Below are positions 55,616 to 64,000 of a DNA stretch of 64,000 bases, in pieces (the stretch's first letter is position 1; every line of letters begins with the position of its first letter). The position numbers and the translations under genes are program-made. Source of the stretch: Acidimicrobiia bacterium (GTDB lineage: Bacteria; Actinomycetota; Acidimicrobiia; Acidimicrobiales; Aldehydirespiratoraceae); NCBI GenBank assembly GCA_003231645.1, contig QIIW01000082.1:3797-67796 (forward strand), read 5' to 3'. Under the pieces are notes generated by a model. That model ran no database searches. It saw only the letters and a list, made by a program, of their open reading frames with translations, and was not told where the DNA came from.

Positions 55616-55986
55616 TGCGCGGCCGCCTCTTGGCCGGAGGTTTCGGATTCGACGGCAGCATCGGCCTCCTTGGCGATCTGCTTGGCCGATTTCCCGGGGG
55701 GGGCGGCGGGGACGGCAGAGTCGGTGGCGACGCCGGTATGGGCCTCCCACGCGCCGGAGATCTTCAGGAGCTTCTCGACCCGCTCGGTGGGCTGCGCGCC
55801 CTCCTTGAGCCAGTAGAGGGCTCGGTCGTTGTCGATCTTGATGACCGACGGGTCCTGGCGGGGCTCGTAGGTCCCGAGGATCTCGATGAAGCGACCGTTG
55901 CGGGGGGAACGGGCGTCGGCGACGACGACCCGGTATGTCGGTTGCTTTTTCTTACCTACCCGCACGAGACGGAGCTTGACGGCCAC
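55612..55986 (-). CDS. rpsP: 30S ribosomal protein S16
   Basis: AVKLRL, YRVVVADARSPRNG and GAQPTE. Confidence 0.97.
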   Translation of the reverse strand: MAVKLRLVRVGKKKQPTYRVVVADARSPRNGRFIEILGTYEPRQDPSVIKIDNDRALYWLKEGAQPTERVEKLLKISGAWEAHTGVATDSAVPAAPPGKSAKQIAKEADAAVESETSGQEAAAQ

Positions 55987-56064
55987 TTTTGTTCCTCGGT
56001 GTTTCGCTGGAGAAATTCTGGGAGAGTTCACGGACGCGCGGCCAAGGGCAGCCGCGCCGACCCG

Positions 56065-57495
56065 TCAATTCAATCCGGGTAGGCCACCGGTTTCCAACCC
56101 CGGGAGCGACAGCGGTTTCTTGAGCACCTGTGCCGGCCCCTTCGGGGTGGTGCGGCCGCCGCGACGTTTCTTGCCCTTCCGGGCGCGGTTCTTGCCCTTG
56201 ATCTTCTTGGTACCGAATCCCGAAAGCTGTTTCATCATCTTTCGCATCTGGCCAAACTGATCGAGCAGTTGCTTCACGTCGGATGGTTGCAGCCCGCATC
56301 CGGCGGCGATGCGACGCCGTCGCGAGCCGTCGATCGTGTCGGGGTCGAGACGCTCGGCCGGGGTCATCGAATGGATGATGCCTTCGATGCGGGCGAGTTG
56401 ATGATCGCCGATCTCGACGTCGCGGGCTTCCTTGGGGAGCCCCGGCATCATGCCCATCAGATTGGACAGCGGACCCATCTTCTTGAGTTGCTGCATCTGT
56501 TGCAGGAAGTCCTCGAGCGTGAACGTGCCTTCGAGCAGTCGTGAAGCGGCTTGTTCGGCCTCTTCCTTCTCGTAAGCCCCCTCGGCCTTCTCAATGAGCG
56601 TCTCGATGTCACCCATGCCGAGGATTCGGCCGGCCAGGCGGTCGGGGTGAAACGTCTCGAAGTCGTCGAGTCTCTCACCGGTGGATACGAAGGCGATCGG
56701 ACGTCCGACCACCTCCTTGACCGAGATGGCGGCGCCGCCGCGGGCGTCACCATCGAGCTTGGTGAGGATCACACCGTCGAGCGACAGGGTGTCGTTGAAA
56801 ACCCGAGCGGTGTTGACGGCGTCCTGACCGGTCATGGCGTCGATGACCAGGAACGTGTAGTGAGGATCGACGGCACCGGAAATACGACGGATCTGATCCA
56901 TCATTTCCCGGTCGATGGCGAGCCGTCCGGCGGTGTCGACGATCACGACATCACGGCCGGTGCGGGTGGCCTCGTCGATCGACTTGGACGCGACCTCGAC
57001 CGGATCGCTCGGTTCGGAGAAAACCGGCACCCCGATCTGCTCTCCCAGCGTGCGGAGCTGTTCCACCGCCGCCGGGCGCTGGAGGTCGGCGCCGACGAGC
57101 AGCGGATTGCGACCCTGCTTCTTGAACCAGCGAGCGAGCTTGCCGGCGTTGGTGGTCTTGCCGGCACCCTGCAGGCCCGCCATGAGCACCACGGTGGGGG
57201 GCTTCGACGCGAAGGTCAGCTTCATCGACTCGCCGCCGAGGCTCGTGGTGAGCTCCTCGAGCACGATCTTCACGATCTGCTGGCCCGGGTTGAGAGCCTT
57301 CGAGAGGGCCTCACCGCTGCATCGCTCGCGGATTCGTCCGACCATGGCCTTGGCCACATCGAGATTGACGTCGGCCTCGAGCAGGGCGAGCCGAATCTCG
57401 CGGAGCGTGTCGTCGATATCGTCCGGGGAGAGCTTGCCACGTCCTCTGACGCGGCCGATTATTCCCTCGAAGCGGTCGGAAAGTGTCTCGAACAT
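56065..57495 (-). CDS. ffh: Signal recognition particle protein
   Basis: ALLEADV, GLQGAGKTT, DTAGR, TKLDGDARGG, RILGMGD and an M domain with SMT..ER. Confidence 0.98.
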   Translation of the reverse strand: MFETLSDRFEGIIGRVRGRGKLSPDDIDDTLREIRLALLEADVNLDVAKAMVGRIRERCSGEALSKALNPGQQIVKIVLEELTTSLGGESMKLTFASKPPTVVLMAGLQGAGKTTNAGKLARWFKKQGRNPLLVGADLQRPAAVEQLRTLGEQIGVPVFSEPSDPVEVASKSIDEATRTGRDVVIVDTAGRLAIDREMMDQIRRISGAVDPHYTFLVIDAMTGQDAVNTARVFNDTLSLDGVILTKLDGDARGGAAISVKEVVGRPIAFVSTGERLDDFETFHPDRLAGRILGMGDIETLIEKAEGAYEKEEAEQAASRLLEGTFTLEDFLQQMQQLKKMGPLSNLMGMMPGLPKEARDVEIGDHQLARIEGIIHSMTPAERLDPDTIDGSRRRRIAAGCGLQPSDVKQLLDQFGQMRKMMKQLSGFGTKKIKGKNRARKGKKRRGGRTTPKGPAQVLKKPLSLPGLETGGLPGLN

Positions 57496-57588
57496 GGTCG
57501 GGTCAGGCTACCGGCCACCGCGGCGGGGGCGTGAGGCCATCCGCACCTGACAGGGCCGGCGCAGTCGTCGACGATCGCGTCCGGGGAA

Positions 57589-58708
57589 CTACTCGAAGAG
57601 GGCTTCGACGAACTCGTCGGGGTCGAAGTCGATCAGATCGTCGATGCCTTCGCCGAGACCCACGAGCTTCACCGGCAGTCCGAGTTCGGAATGGATCGAC
57701 AGGACTATTCCACCCCGGGCCGATCCGTCGAGCTTGGTGAGGATCACGCCGGTGACATCGACCGCCTCGGCGAACTGGCGGGCCTGCGACAATCCGTTCT
57801 GGCCGGTGGTGGCGTCGATCACGAGCAGCGTCTCGGTGACGGTGCCGGCACCCTTCTCGGCAACTCGGCGAACCTTGCGCAACTCTTCCATGAGATTGGT
57901 CCTGGTGTGGATTCGACCGGCGGTATCGGCCAGCACCAGATCGGCGCCGCGGGCCGCGGCCCGCTCGACGGCGTCGAACACCACCGAGGACGGATCGGCC
58001 CCATCGGCGCCTCGAACAATGTCGACGTCGCTACGGCCGGCCCACATCGTGAGCTGCTCAGCCGCCGCGGCGCGGAACGTGTCGCCCGCCGCCAACACCA
58101 GCTTGCGACCGGCGCGTGACTGGCGGGCGGCCAACTTGCCGATGGTGGTGGTCTTGCCGACGCCGTTGACGCCGACGAACAGCCATACCGCTGGACCACC
58201 TTCGGTGTGCAGTGACAGCGATCGGTCGAACCCGCCCAGCCGCTGCTTCAGGTCGGCCTTGACGAGTTCGGCGAGGGCGGCAGCGTCGTCGATGCCGTCG
58301 ATTGCCGCCGCGGCCCGGACCGACTCGATCACATCGGTGGCCGTGGCCACGCCGGTGTCGGCGCGGATGAGGGTCGAGCAATTCCCATGTCTCTTCGTCG
58401 ATTGTTCGACTGGTGAACACCGATCCCAGGTAGCCCGACAATGAGGATCGGGCCTTGGAGAGACGTTCACGGAACGACGGGCGTCCCGTGGCTTGGGCGA
58501 CGATCTCCTCGACCACCGTTTCCTCGGCCGGCCCGACCGACGATCCATCGACGGCCGTCGTCGACGAGTCGACCGAACCGGACGGCGGGGGGGTCGTCGG
58601 CGGGCGCTTCTCGGCCGGCGGGCGGGAGTCGCGATCTTGCAGGAAGAAGTAGGCCGACGCCCCCACCAGGAGCAGGGCGGCTATGGCGATTGTCAGTACG
58701 AGGAACAT
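57589..58708 (-). CDS. ftsY: SRP receptor FtsY, interrupted by a frameshift near 58375 in this sequence
   Basis: N-terminal TM, linker and ETWELL in one frame; TLIRADTG, GVNGVGKTT, DTFRAAA, DTAGR and TKLDGSARGG in another. Confidence 0.9.
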
Positions 58709-58762
58709 GCCCGGTCGATCCTACAGGCCGGGGGTGTGGCGACCGGCCGCCACCGACCGTCC

Positions 58763-60262
58763 CTACTTGGTGCCGAGCACCACGTTGAGGGTCACCGGAT
58801 TGCCGTCGCGCCTGACCACGAGGGTGGCCGAGTCACCGGGCCGGTAGAGCTGGATCTGTGCGGCCAGGTCGGACATGGAGTTGATGGTCTCGCCGCCGGC
58901 GCTCACGATCAGATCCCCGACTTTTAGACCTGCCTTGGCGGCCGGCGAACCCGCCACCACATCGACCACGCTGGCCCCTTGGCTGCCATCGGTCGGCGTC
59001 TCACCCTTGATCCCGAGGAATCCAAGCTGAGGTGACTCACCCGAGACGATGCGACGGGCTATCAGGTCGACCGTCTCGGACGGGAGGGCAAAACCGACCC
59101 CGATATTGCCGTCGGTGCGACCGTCGGTGCGGATGGAGGTGTTCATTCCGATGACACGACCCTCACGATCGGCCAGAGCCCCGCCGGAGTTGCCGGGATT
59201 GATGGGTGCATCGGTCTGGATCATCCTGACCGGGCCCTGGTTGTTGACATCGGATCCGGCGTTGTTGATACGATCGATGGCACTGACGATGCCGGCGGTC
59301 ACCGTTTGATCGAGACCGAACGGACTACCGATGGCCACCGCCAACTGGCCGACCTCGACCGTGTGGGCCGGTGCGAACACGGCCTGTACCATATTGAGCC
59401 CGGTCGGGTCGACCTTGATCACGGCGACATCGCGACGGGAATCTCCGCCGATCACCCGGCCGGTGACGACAGCCCCGTCGGCGAAGGTGACCTGGACGGT
59501 CTGGGAGCCGGCGGCCACGTGATTGTTGGTGACGATGTAGCCCTTCTCGGCGTTCCAGACGATCCCGGACCCTTGGCCGAGATCGGTCTTGACCAACACG
59601 ACCGAAGGCGCAACCACGCGGGCGACATCGGCGACCGGTTCGTCGGATGACCCACTGCCGGCCAGCGGACCGGCCACGTCGGGCAGGGTGGGTGTCGGCG
59701 CCGCGGTGGTGCCGGCGGCGGGCATGACCACGGGCTGATTGGCGGCCGTGGCAGTGGTGTTGCCCGAGTTGGACACAAAATTGCCGGCTGCGAAACCGCC
59801 GCCGAGAAGCGCGAATACCGCTACGACCGACGCCGCCACCCTCCAGCTTCGACGGCGCGGCGGAGGCGGGGCTTCGACGGCCGGGGGTGAGGGTGGGGCG
59901 AGAGGCGGCCGACCGGTTGCACCGGAGGGGGGAACGCTGTCGGCCGGCCGAGGGGGAGTGGCCGAGAATGGGGGCGCGGGCCGCTCGCCGGTGGGGGGCG
60001 CCTCACCGAACACCGACCTCGGCGAACCCCACTCGGACCGAGACTGGACCACGGCCGCGCGTCCCGGTGGTGGCGGCGGCGGGGCCAGACCTGGGCCCGC
60101 CGGGCGGTCGGCGACACCATCCCTGCACGGGATGGAGACGGTAGCGGCAGGGGGGTGCGCCGCATCGCCCTGATTTGGCGTCGCGTTCATCGCTCCGGCG
60201 GGCCGGCCCGACGGCTGGGGGGATTCGCCGTCGTGCGACTCGTTGATCGGCTCTCGATCCAT
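58763..60262 (-). CDS. HtrA-like S1C serine protease with Pro-rich N-terminus, TM and PDZ
   Basis: GSG, VTNNHV, DVAV, IQTDAPINPGNSGG and a C-terminal PDZ. Confidence 0.93.
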   Translation of the reverse strand: MDREPINESHDGESPQPSGRPAGAMNATPNQGDAAHPPAATVSIPCRDGVADRPAGPGLAPPPPPPGRAAVVQSRSEWGSPRSVFGEAPPTGERPAPPFSATPPRPADSVPPSGATGRPPLAPPSPPAVEAPPPPRRRSWRVAASVVAVFALLGGGFAAGNFVSNSGNTTATAANQPVVMPAAGTTAAPTPTLPDVAGPLAGSGSSDEPVADVARVVAPSVVLVKTDLGQGSGIVWNAEKGYIVTNNHVAAGSQTVQVTFADGAVVTGRVIGGDSRRDVAVIKVDPTGLNMVQAVFAPAHTVEVGQLAVAIGSPFGLDQTVTAGIVSAIDRINNAGSDVNNQGPVRMIQTDAPINPGNSGGALADREGRVIGMNTSIRTDGRTDGNIGVGFALPSETVDLIARRIVSGESPQLGFLGIKGETPTDGSQGASVVDVVAGSPAAKAGLKVGDLIVSAGGETINSMSDLAAQIQLYRPGDSATLVVRRDGNPVTLNVVLGTK

Positions 60263-60308
60263 GCACAGACCCTATTCGTCGGAGGTGAAAGGAGCCGTAA
60301 GATGATCC

Positions 60309-60326
60309 GAAAATCGGAAGAAAATC
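60309..60326. promoter_or_regulatory. Candidate OmpR-family tandem binding site upstream of the htrA-like gene
   Basis: gaaaatc at 60309 and 60320 (11-bp period), upstream of minus-strand TAGGGT-N6-ATG. Confidence 0.4.
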
Positions 60327-60328
60327 GC

Positions 60329-61552
60329 TCACTCGACCGGCTGATTGTGGCTTCGAGGCAGTCGGATCACGAACGACGAGCCCGAACCGGCCTCGGAATA
60401 CAGATCGACCCGTCCACCGTGGGCCTGAGCGATCTGCTGCACGATCGTGAGGCCGAGCCCCGATCGTCCCTCCTCACGGGCACGCGACCTGTCGCCTCGC
60501 CAGAACCGGTTGAACACGTTGGCCTGGTCCTCGGGGGCGATGCCGGGACCCTCGTCGGTGACTGATACCCACATGCCGTCGGCGTCCTCGCCGGCACCGA
60601 CACGAACCGTGGACCCCGGCGGGGCGAGACGCACCGCGTTGGCCAGGAGATTGGCGATCGCCCTACGAATGGCAGGACCGTCACCGCAGACCGGAAGGGG
60701 CCGGTTGCCGACCGTGGTGGAGAGAGCCAGGTCGCGCGCCTCGGCCAGCGTGGCGAATTCCGCGGCAAGGTCACAGGCAACGGGCCCGAGATCGAGGTCT
60801 TCCTCTCGGGCGGGGCGAGTGCCGTGGCGGGCGTAGTCGAGCAGGTCGTCGACCAGAGTCGACATGCGTGACGCCGACCGTCCGACCACCTCGCTGGCCA
60901 AGCGGTAGTCCTCCACGTCGGCGTCGGGATCGTCGAGTACGACATCGACATTGGTGCGAATCACCGCCAGTGGATTCCGGAGTTCGTGGCTTGCTTCGTG
61001 GATGAAGTCACGCTGGGAAGCGAATGCGTCGTCGATCCGGCCGAGCATGTCGTCGAAGGTGTCGGCAAGCTGCTTCAGTTCGTCGTCGGGACCGTCGAGC
61101 TGGATTCTTCGCGACAGATCGGTGGCTTGGATGTCACGCGCCACACCGGTGATCCGACCGACCGGACGCAGCACGATGCCGGCAACGAACCATCCCACGC
61201 CGAGGCTCCCGACGAACAACATGCCCAGGGCACCGAACGCATACGTGCGCAGTTGATCGAGCGCTCTGGTGTTGATCTCGCGTTCGAACACCGCCAACGG
61301 GTCGGGGACCTTGAATTCCATTCGGCCCAGGGTCGGCTCGCCGTCGACTCCACGAAACAGGAAGGCGGCCTGCTCGGTGCGGGATACGTTCTGCTTCTCG
61401 AGGCTGAGCGACAGCCCGGCGTAGATACCGCCCACCACGATTGCACCGAGACCGAACAGCAGAACCGAATACAGCACCGTCAGCCGGAACCGGATCGAAC
61501 CACCGAACCCGTGCACGCGGCGGTCGATCCCGGATGCCGACGTGTCAGCCAT
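60329..61552 (-). CDS. HAMP-domain sensor histidine kinase
   Basis: Two TM helices, HAMP, ASHELRNPL, NLLANA, DEGPGI and GLGL. Confidence 0.95.
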   Translation of the reverse strand: MADTSASGIDRRVHGFGGSIRFRLTVLYSVLLFGLGAIVVGGIYAGLSLSLEKQNVSRTEQAAFLFRGVDGEPTLGRMEFKVPDPLAVFEREINTRALDQLRTYAFGALGMLFVGSLGVGWFVAGIVLRPVGRITGVARDIQATDLSRRIQLDGPDDELKQLADTFDDMLGRIDDAFASQRDFIHEASHELRNPLAVIRTNVDVVLDDPDADVEDYRLASEVVGRSASRMSTLVDDLLDYARHGTRPAREEDLDLGPVACDLAAEFATLAEARDLALSTTVGNRPLPVCGDGPAIRRAIANLLANAVRLAPPGSTVRVGAGEDADGMWVSVTDEGPGIAPEDQANVFNRFWRGDRSRAREEGRSGLGLTIVQQIAQAHGGRVDLYSEAGSGSSFVIRLPRSHNQPVE

Positions 61553-62255
61553 CCGCGTCGCTTCCCACCGACGACTCGCTGATCAGCAGTCGGTAGCCAG
61601 AGCCGATGACGGTCTCGATGACCTGTGGTTCGCCGGACTCGCTCAGCTTTCGACGCAGCGTGCCCACCGTGACCCGCACAGTGTTGGTGAACGGATCGGC
61701 GTGTTCGTCCCACACATGTTCGAGTAGATGCTCCTGCGACAGCACCTCGTCGGGGTGGTGCATGAAGTACCGGAGAAGCGCGAACTCCTTGGCGGTCAAC
61801 TCCAGATCGCGATCGCCCCTGACGGCGCGGTGCCTGGCATCATCGAGATGTACGTCGCCCACTGTCATGGTCGCAGCCGGTTGCGAGGTGTCGCGGCGCA
61901 GCAACGAACGTACCCGAGCGGTCAGCTCGCCGAACGCGAACGGCTTGACAAGGTAGTCGTCGGCACCCGAGTCGAGGCCGATGATGCGATCGTCGACGGT
62001 GTCGCGTGCCGTGAGCATCAGCACCCTGGGCACGTGGCCGTCGACGGGCTGACCGAGAAGACGCCGACAGACCTCGATCCCATCGATTCTGGGCATGGTG
62101 ATGTCGAGGCAGACCAGATCGTAGGGGGTCAGCTCGGCCTTTTCGAGGGCTTCGTGGCCATCGTTGGCGACATCGACGGCGTAGCCCTCCCGTCGGAGCC
62201 CGCGCGCCACGGCATTGGCCAGATCGACCTCGTCGTCCACAACAAGAATGCGCAT
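61545..62255 (-). CDS. OmpR/PhoB family response regulator
   Basis: MRILVVDDE, LDITMP, GADDYLVKPF, LTAKEF and IETVIGSGY. Confidence 0.95.
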   Translation of the reverse strand: MRILVVDDEVDLANAVARGLRREGYAVDVANDGHEALEKAELTPYDLVCLDITMPRIDGIEVCRRLLGQPVDGHVPRVLMLTARDTVDDRIIGLDSGADDYLVKPFAFGELTARVRSLLRRDTSQPAATMTVGDVHLDDARHRAVRGDRDLELTAKEFALLRYFMHHPDEVLSQEHLLEHVWDEHADPFTNTVRVTVGTLRRKLSESGEPQVIETVIGSGYRLLISESSVGSDADG

Positions 62256-62358
62256 TGTCAAGACGCTACCCTCCGAGCTCTTTCGCTCGCGCTTATCGTG
62301 CGCCACGTTGAGTGCCATCGGTGGCATCACACCACCGAGCACCGAAAGACCGGATCAA

Positions 62359-63381
62359 GTGACCAATTTCGACGAAACGACGAGGCCGCAGATGAACGAG
62401 CAGCGATATCCACTCGAGCGGGCGCTGGTCGAGCTCCGAAGGGTGATCGTGGGCCAGGAACTGCTGGTCGAGCGCCTCTTGGTGGCGCTCGTCGCCGGGG
62501 GACATTGCCTCATTGAGGGGCCTCCGGGGCTGGCCAAGACGCTGGCGGTTCGCACCCTCGCCGACATCACCGGCGGAACTTTCAGCCGGGTTCAGTTCAC
62601 CCCTGACCTACTTCCGTCCGACATCGTCGGTACCCGTATCTTCAAGGCGTCCTCCGAGACATTCGACGTGGAACTCGGGCCGGTGTTCGCCAACTTCGTG
62701 CTCGCCGACGAGATCAACCGCGCCCCGGCCAAGGTCCAGTCGGCGCTGCTCGAGGTGATGGGTGAACATCAGGTGACGATCGGCGAAGGCACCTACACGG
62801 TTCCCACACCGTTCCTGGTGATGGCCACGCAGAACCCGATCGAATCGGAGGGGGTCTACTCGCTGCCCGAGGCCCAGCGTGACCGCTTCCTCATGAAGGT
62901 CCTGGTCGACTACCCGTCATCAACCGAGGAGGTCGAGATTGTCAGGCGCATGGGGGTGAGCGCTCCGGTGGCCGCACAAGTCCTGTCCCCCGAGGCGGTG
63001 ATCGAGCTCCAGTACCGCGCCGATCATGTGATCGTGCAGCCCGCACTGGTCGAATACGCGGTAAATCTGGTTATCGCCACGCGCCACCCCGAGGCCCTCG
63101 GCATGCCCGATCTCACCGACAAGATCGACTACGGCGCAAGCCCCCGGGCAACCCTCGGCCTGGTGAATGCCGGTCGGGCCATGGCTCTGCTGCGCGGCCG
63201 CGACTACGCGGTGCCCCAGGACATCTTCGACATCGCGCCGGAAGTCCTTCGCCATCGGATGGTGCTGTCCTATGAGGCACTGGCGGCCGAGATGACAGCC
63301 GAAGACATCCTGGTGAGGATCCTCGGCACCGTGCCGGCACCCATGGTCTCGCCGTCGACCCAGGATCCGGGACGGTCATGA
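62359..63381 (+). CDS. MoxR family AAA+ ATPase
   Basis: GPPGLAKT, QFTPDLLPSD, LADEINRAPAKVQSALLE, ATQNPIE and GASPR; start at 62359 or 62392. Confidence 0.95.
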   Translation: MTNFDETTRPQMNEQRYPLERALVELRRVIVGQELLVERLLVALVAGGHCLIEGPPGLAKTLAVRTLADITGGTFSRVQFTPDLLPSDIVGTRIFKASSETFDVELGPVFANFVLADEINRAPAKVQSALLEVMGEHQVTIGEGTYTVPTPFLVMATQNPIESEGVYSLPEAQRDRFLMKVLVDYPSSTEEVEIVRRMGVSAPVAAQVLSPEAVIELQYRADHVIVQPALVEYAVNLVIATRHPEALGMPDLTDKIDYGASPRATLGLVNAGRAMALLRGRDYAVPQDIFDIAPEVLRHRMVLSYEALAAEMTAEDILVRILGTVPAPMVSPSTQDPGRS

Positions 63382-64000
63382 AGTTCGGACGTCGCGGCTC
63401 ACCGCCCGAAATCGGAGTCGACCCCGACCCCGACGAGATGACACGGGCCGTCCTTCGGCGACTCGAACTCGACATCACGCGCCGCCTCGACGGCCTGCTC
63501 CAGGGCGACTACAGGGGTCTGATACCGGGCCTCGGGTCCGAGCCCGGTGAGACCCGGATCTATGCCCCCGGCGACGACGTTCGGCGTATGGACTGGAACG
63601 TGACCGCCCGCACGGGCGAGCCCCACATTCGCGACAGTATCGCCGACCGCGAGCTCGAGACCTGGGCCTTGGTCGATCTTTCCGCCAGCCTCGACTGGGG
63701 TACCTCGACACGTACCAAAGCCGACTTGGCCATCGCCGCGCTGGCGGCCATCGGCATTCTCACCGAACGGGCCGGCAACCGGATCGGCGCGATCGTGTCC
63801 GACGGCAGCTCACTCCACGAGATCCGCACCGGCGGAGGCCGTCGCCACACCATGGCCATGCTCCGCCGTATCGTCGCCATCGAACCGCAGGTGGGCGCCA
63901 CGTCGGGTCTGGAGCCGGGGCTGCGTCGGATGGCCGGCCCGGGCCGACGCGGCGGACTCGCGGTCGTGATCTCCGATCTGCTCGGCCCCGACTGGTCGGA
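63378..64000 (+). CDS. DUF58 domain protein (runs off the window edge)
   Basis: RRLDGLLQGDY, R.Y.PGDDVRRMDWNVTAR, VDLSAS and VVISD; ATGA overlap with moxR; no stop in the window. Confidence 0.9.
   Translation, partial: MKFGRRGSPPEIGVDPDPDEMTRAVLRRLELDITRRLDGLLQGDYRGLIPGLGSEPGETRIYAPGDDVRRMDWNVTARTGEPHIRDSIADRELETWALVDLSASLDWGTSTRTKADLAIAALAAIGILTERAGNRIGAIVSDGSSLHEIRTGGGRRHTMAMLRRIVAIEPQVGATSGLEPGLRRMAGPGRRGGLAVVISDLLGPDWS

Noticed and set aside
57496-57588. SRP RNA (ffs) between ftsY and ffh
   Set aside because: gtcagg is present but the GGAA tetraloop and following AGCAG domain-IV signature are missing; better explained as the ffh promoter (minus-strand TAGCCT).

Overview
High-GC actinobacterial chromosomal window; gene content and protein style suggest class Acidimicrobiia (inference, no search run). 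The right two-thirds is core housekeeping, mostly on the minus strand: a two-component system with an HtrA-like protease; ftsY (frameshifted)-ffh-rpsP-khpA-rimM-trmD-rplS; yraN-comM/yifB-dprA-xerC-whiG-M23; rpsB-tsf-pyrH-frr-cdsA-dxr-rseP-ispG; and rimP-nusA-ylxR-infB-rbfA-truB-ribF-ribE-ribBA-ribH. The left third is metabolic: rsmI, an acyl-ACP desaturase, ychF, a 29-aa bL37-like ribosomal protein missing from the ORF track, a split ADP-forming acyl-CoA ligase, and an extended nucleoside uptake/salvage region (queuosine-salvage DUF2419/QNG1-like hydrolase, BMP-type ABC transporter, decayed PHYHD1-like dioxygenase, add, upp, PfkB adenosine kinase). I saw no tRNA, rRNA, CRISPR array, IS element or prophage. 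Main points for a second look: (1) a candidate modified-nucleoside (queuosine) import/salvage module; (2) six accessory gene remnants at five loci destroyed by internal deletions, while core proteins carry fresh in-frame tandem-repeat expansions; (3) a frameshift in the normally essential ftsY; (4) a secreted degenerate-M23 plus serine-hydrolase fusion; (5) several unannotated small proteins and candidate operator sites. All family assignments come from motif recognition by eye.
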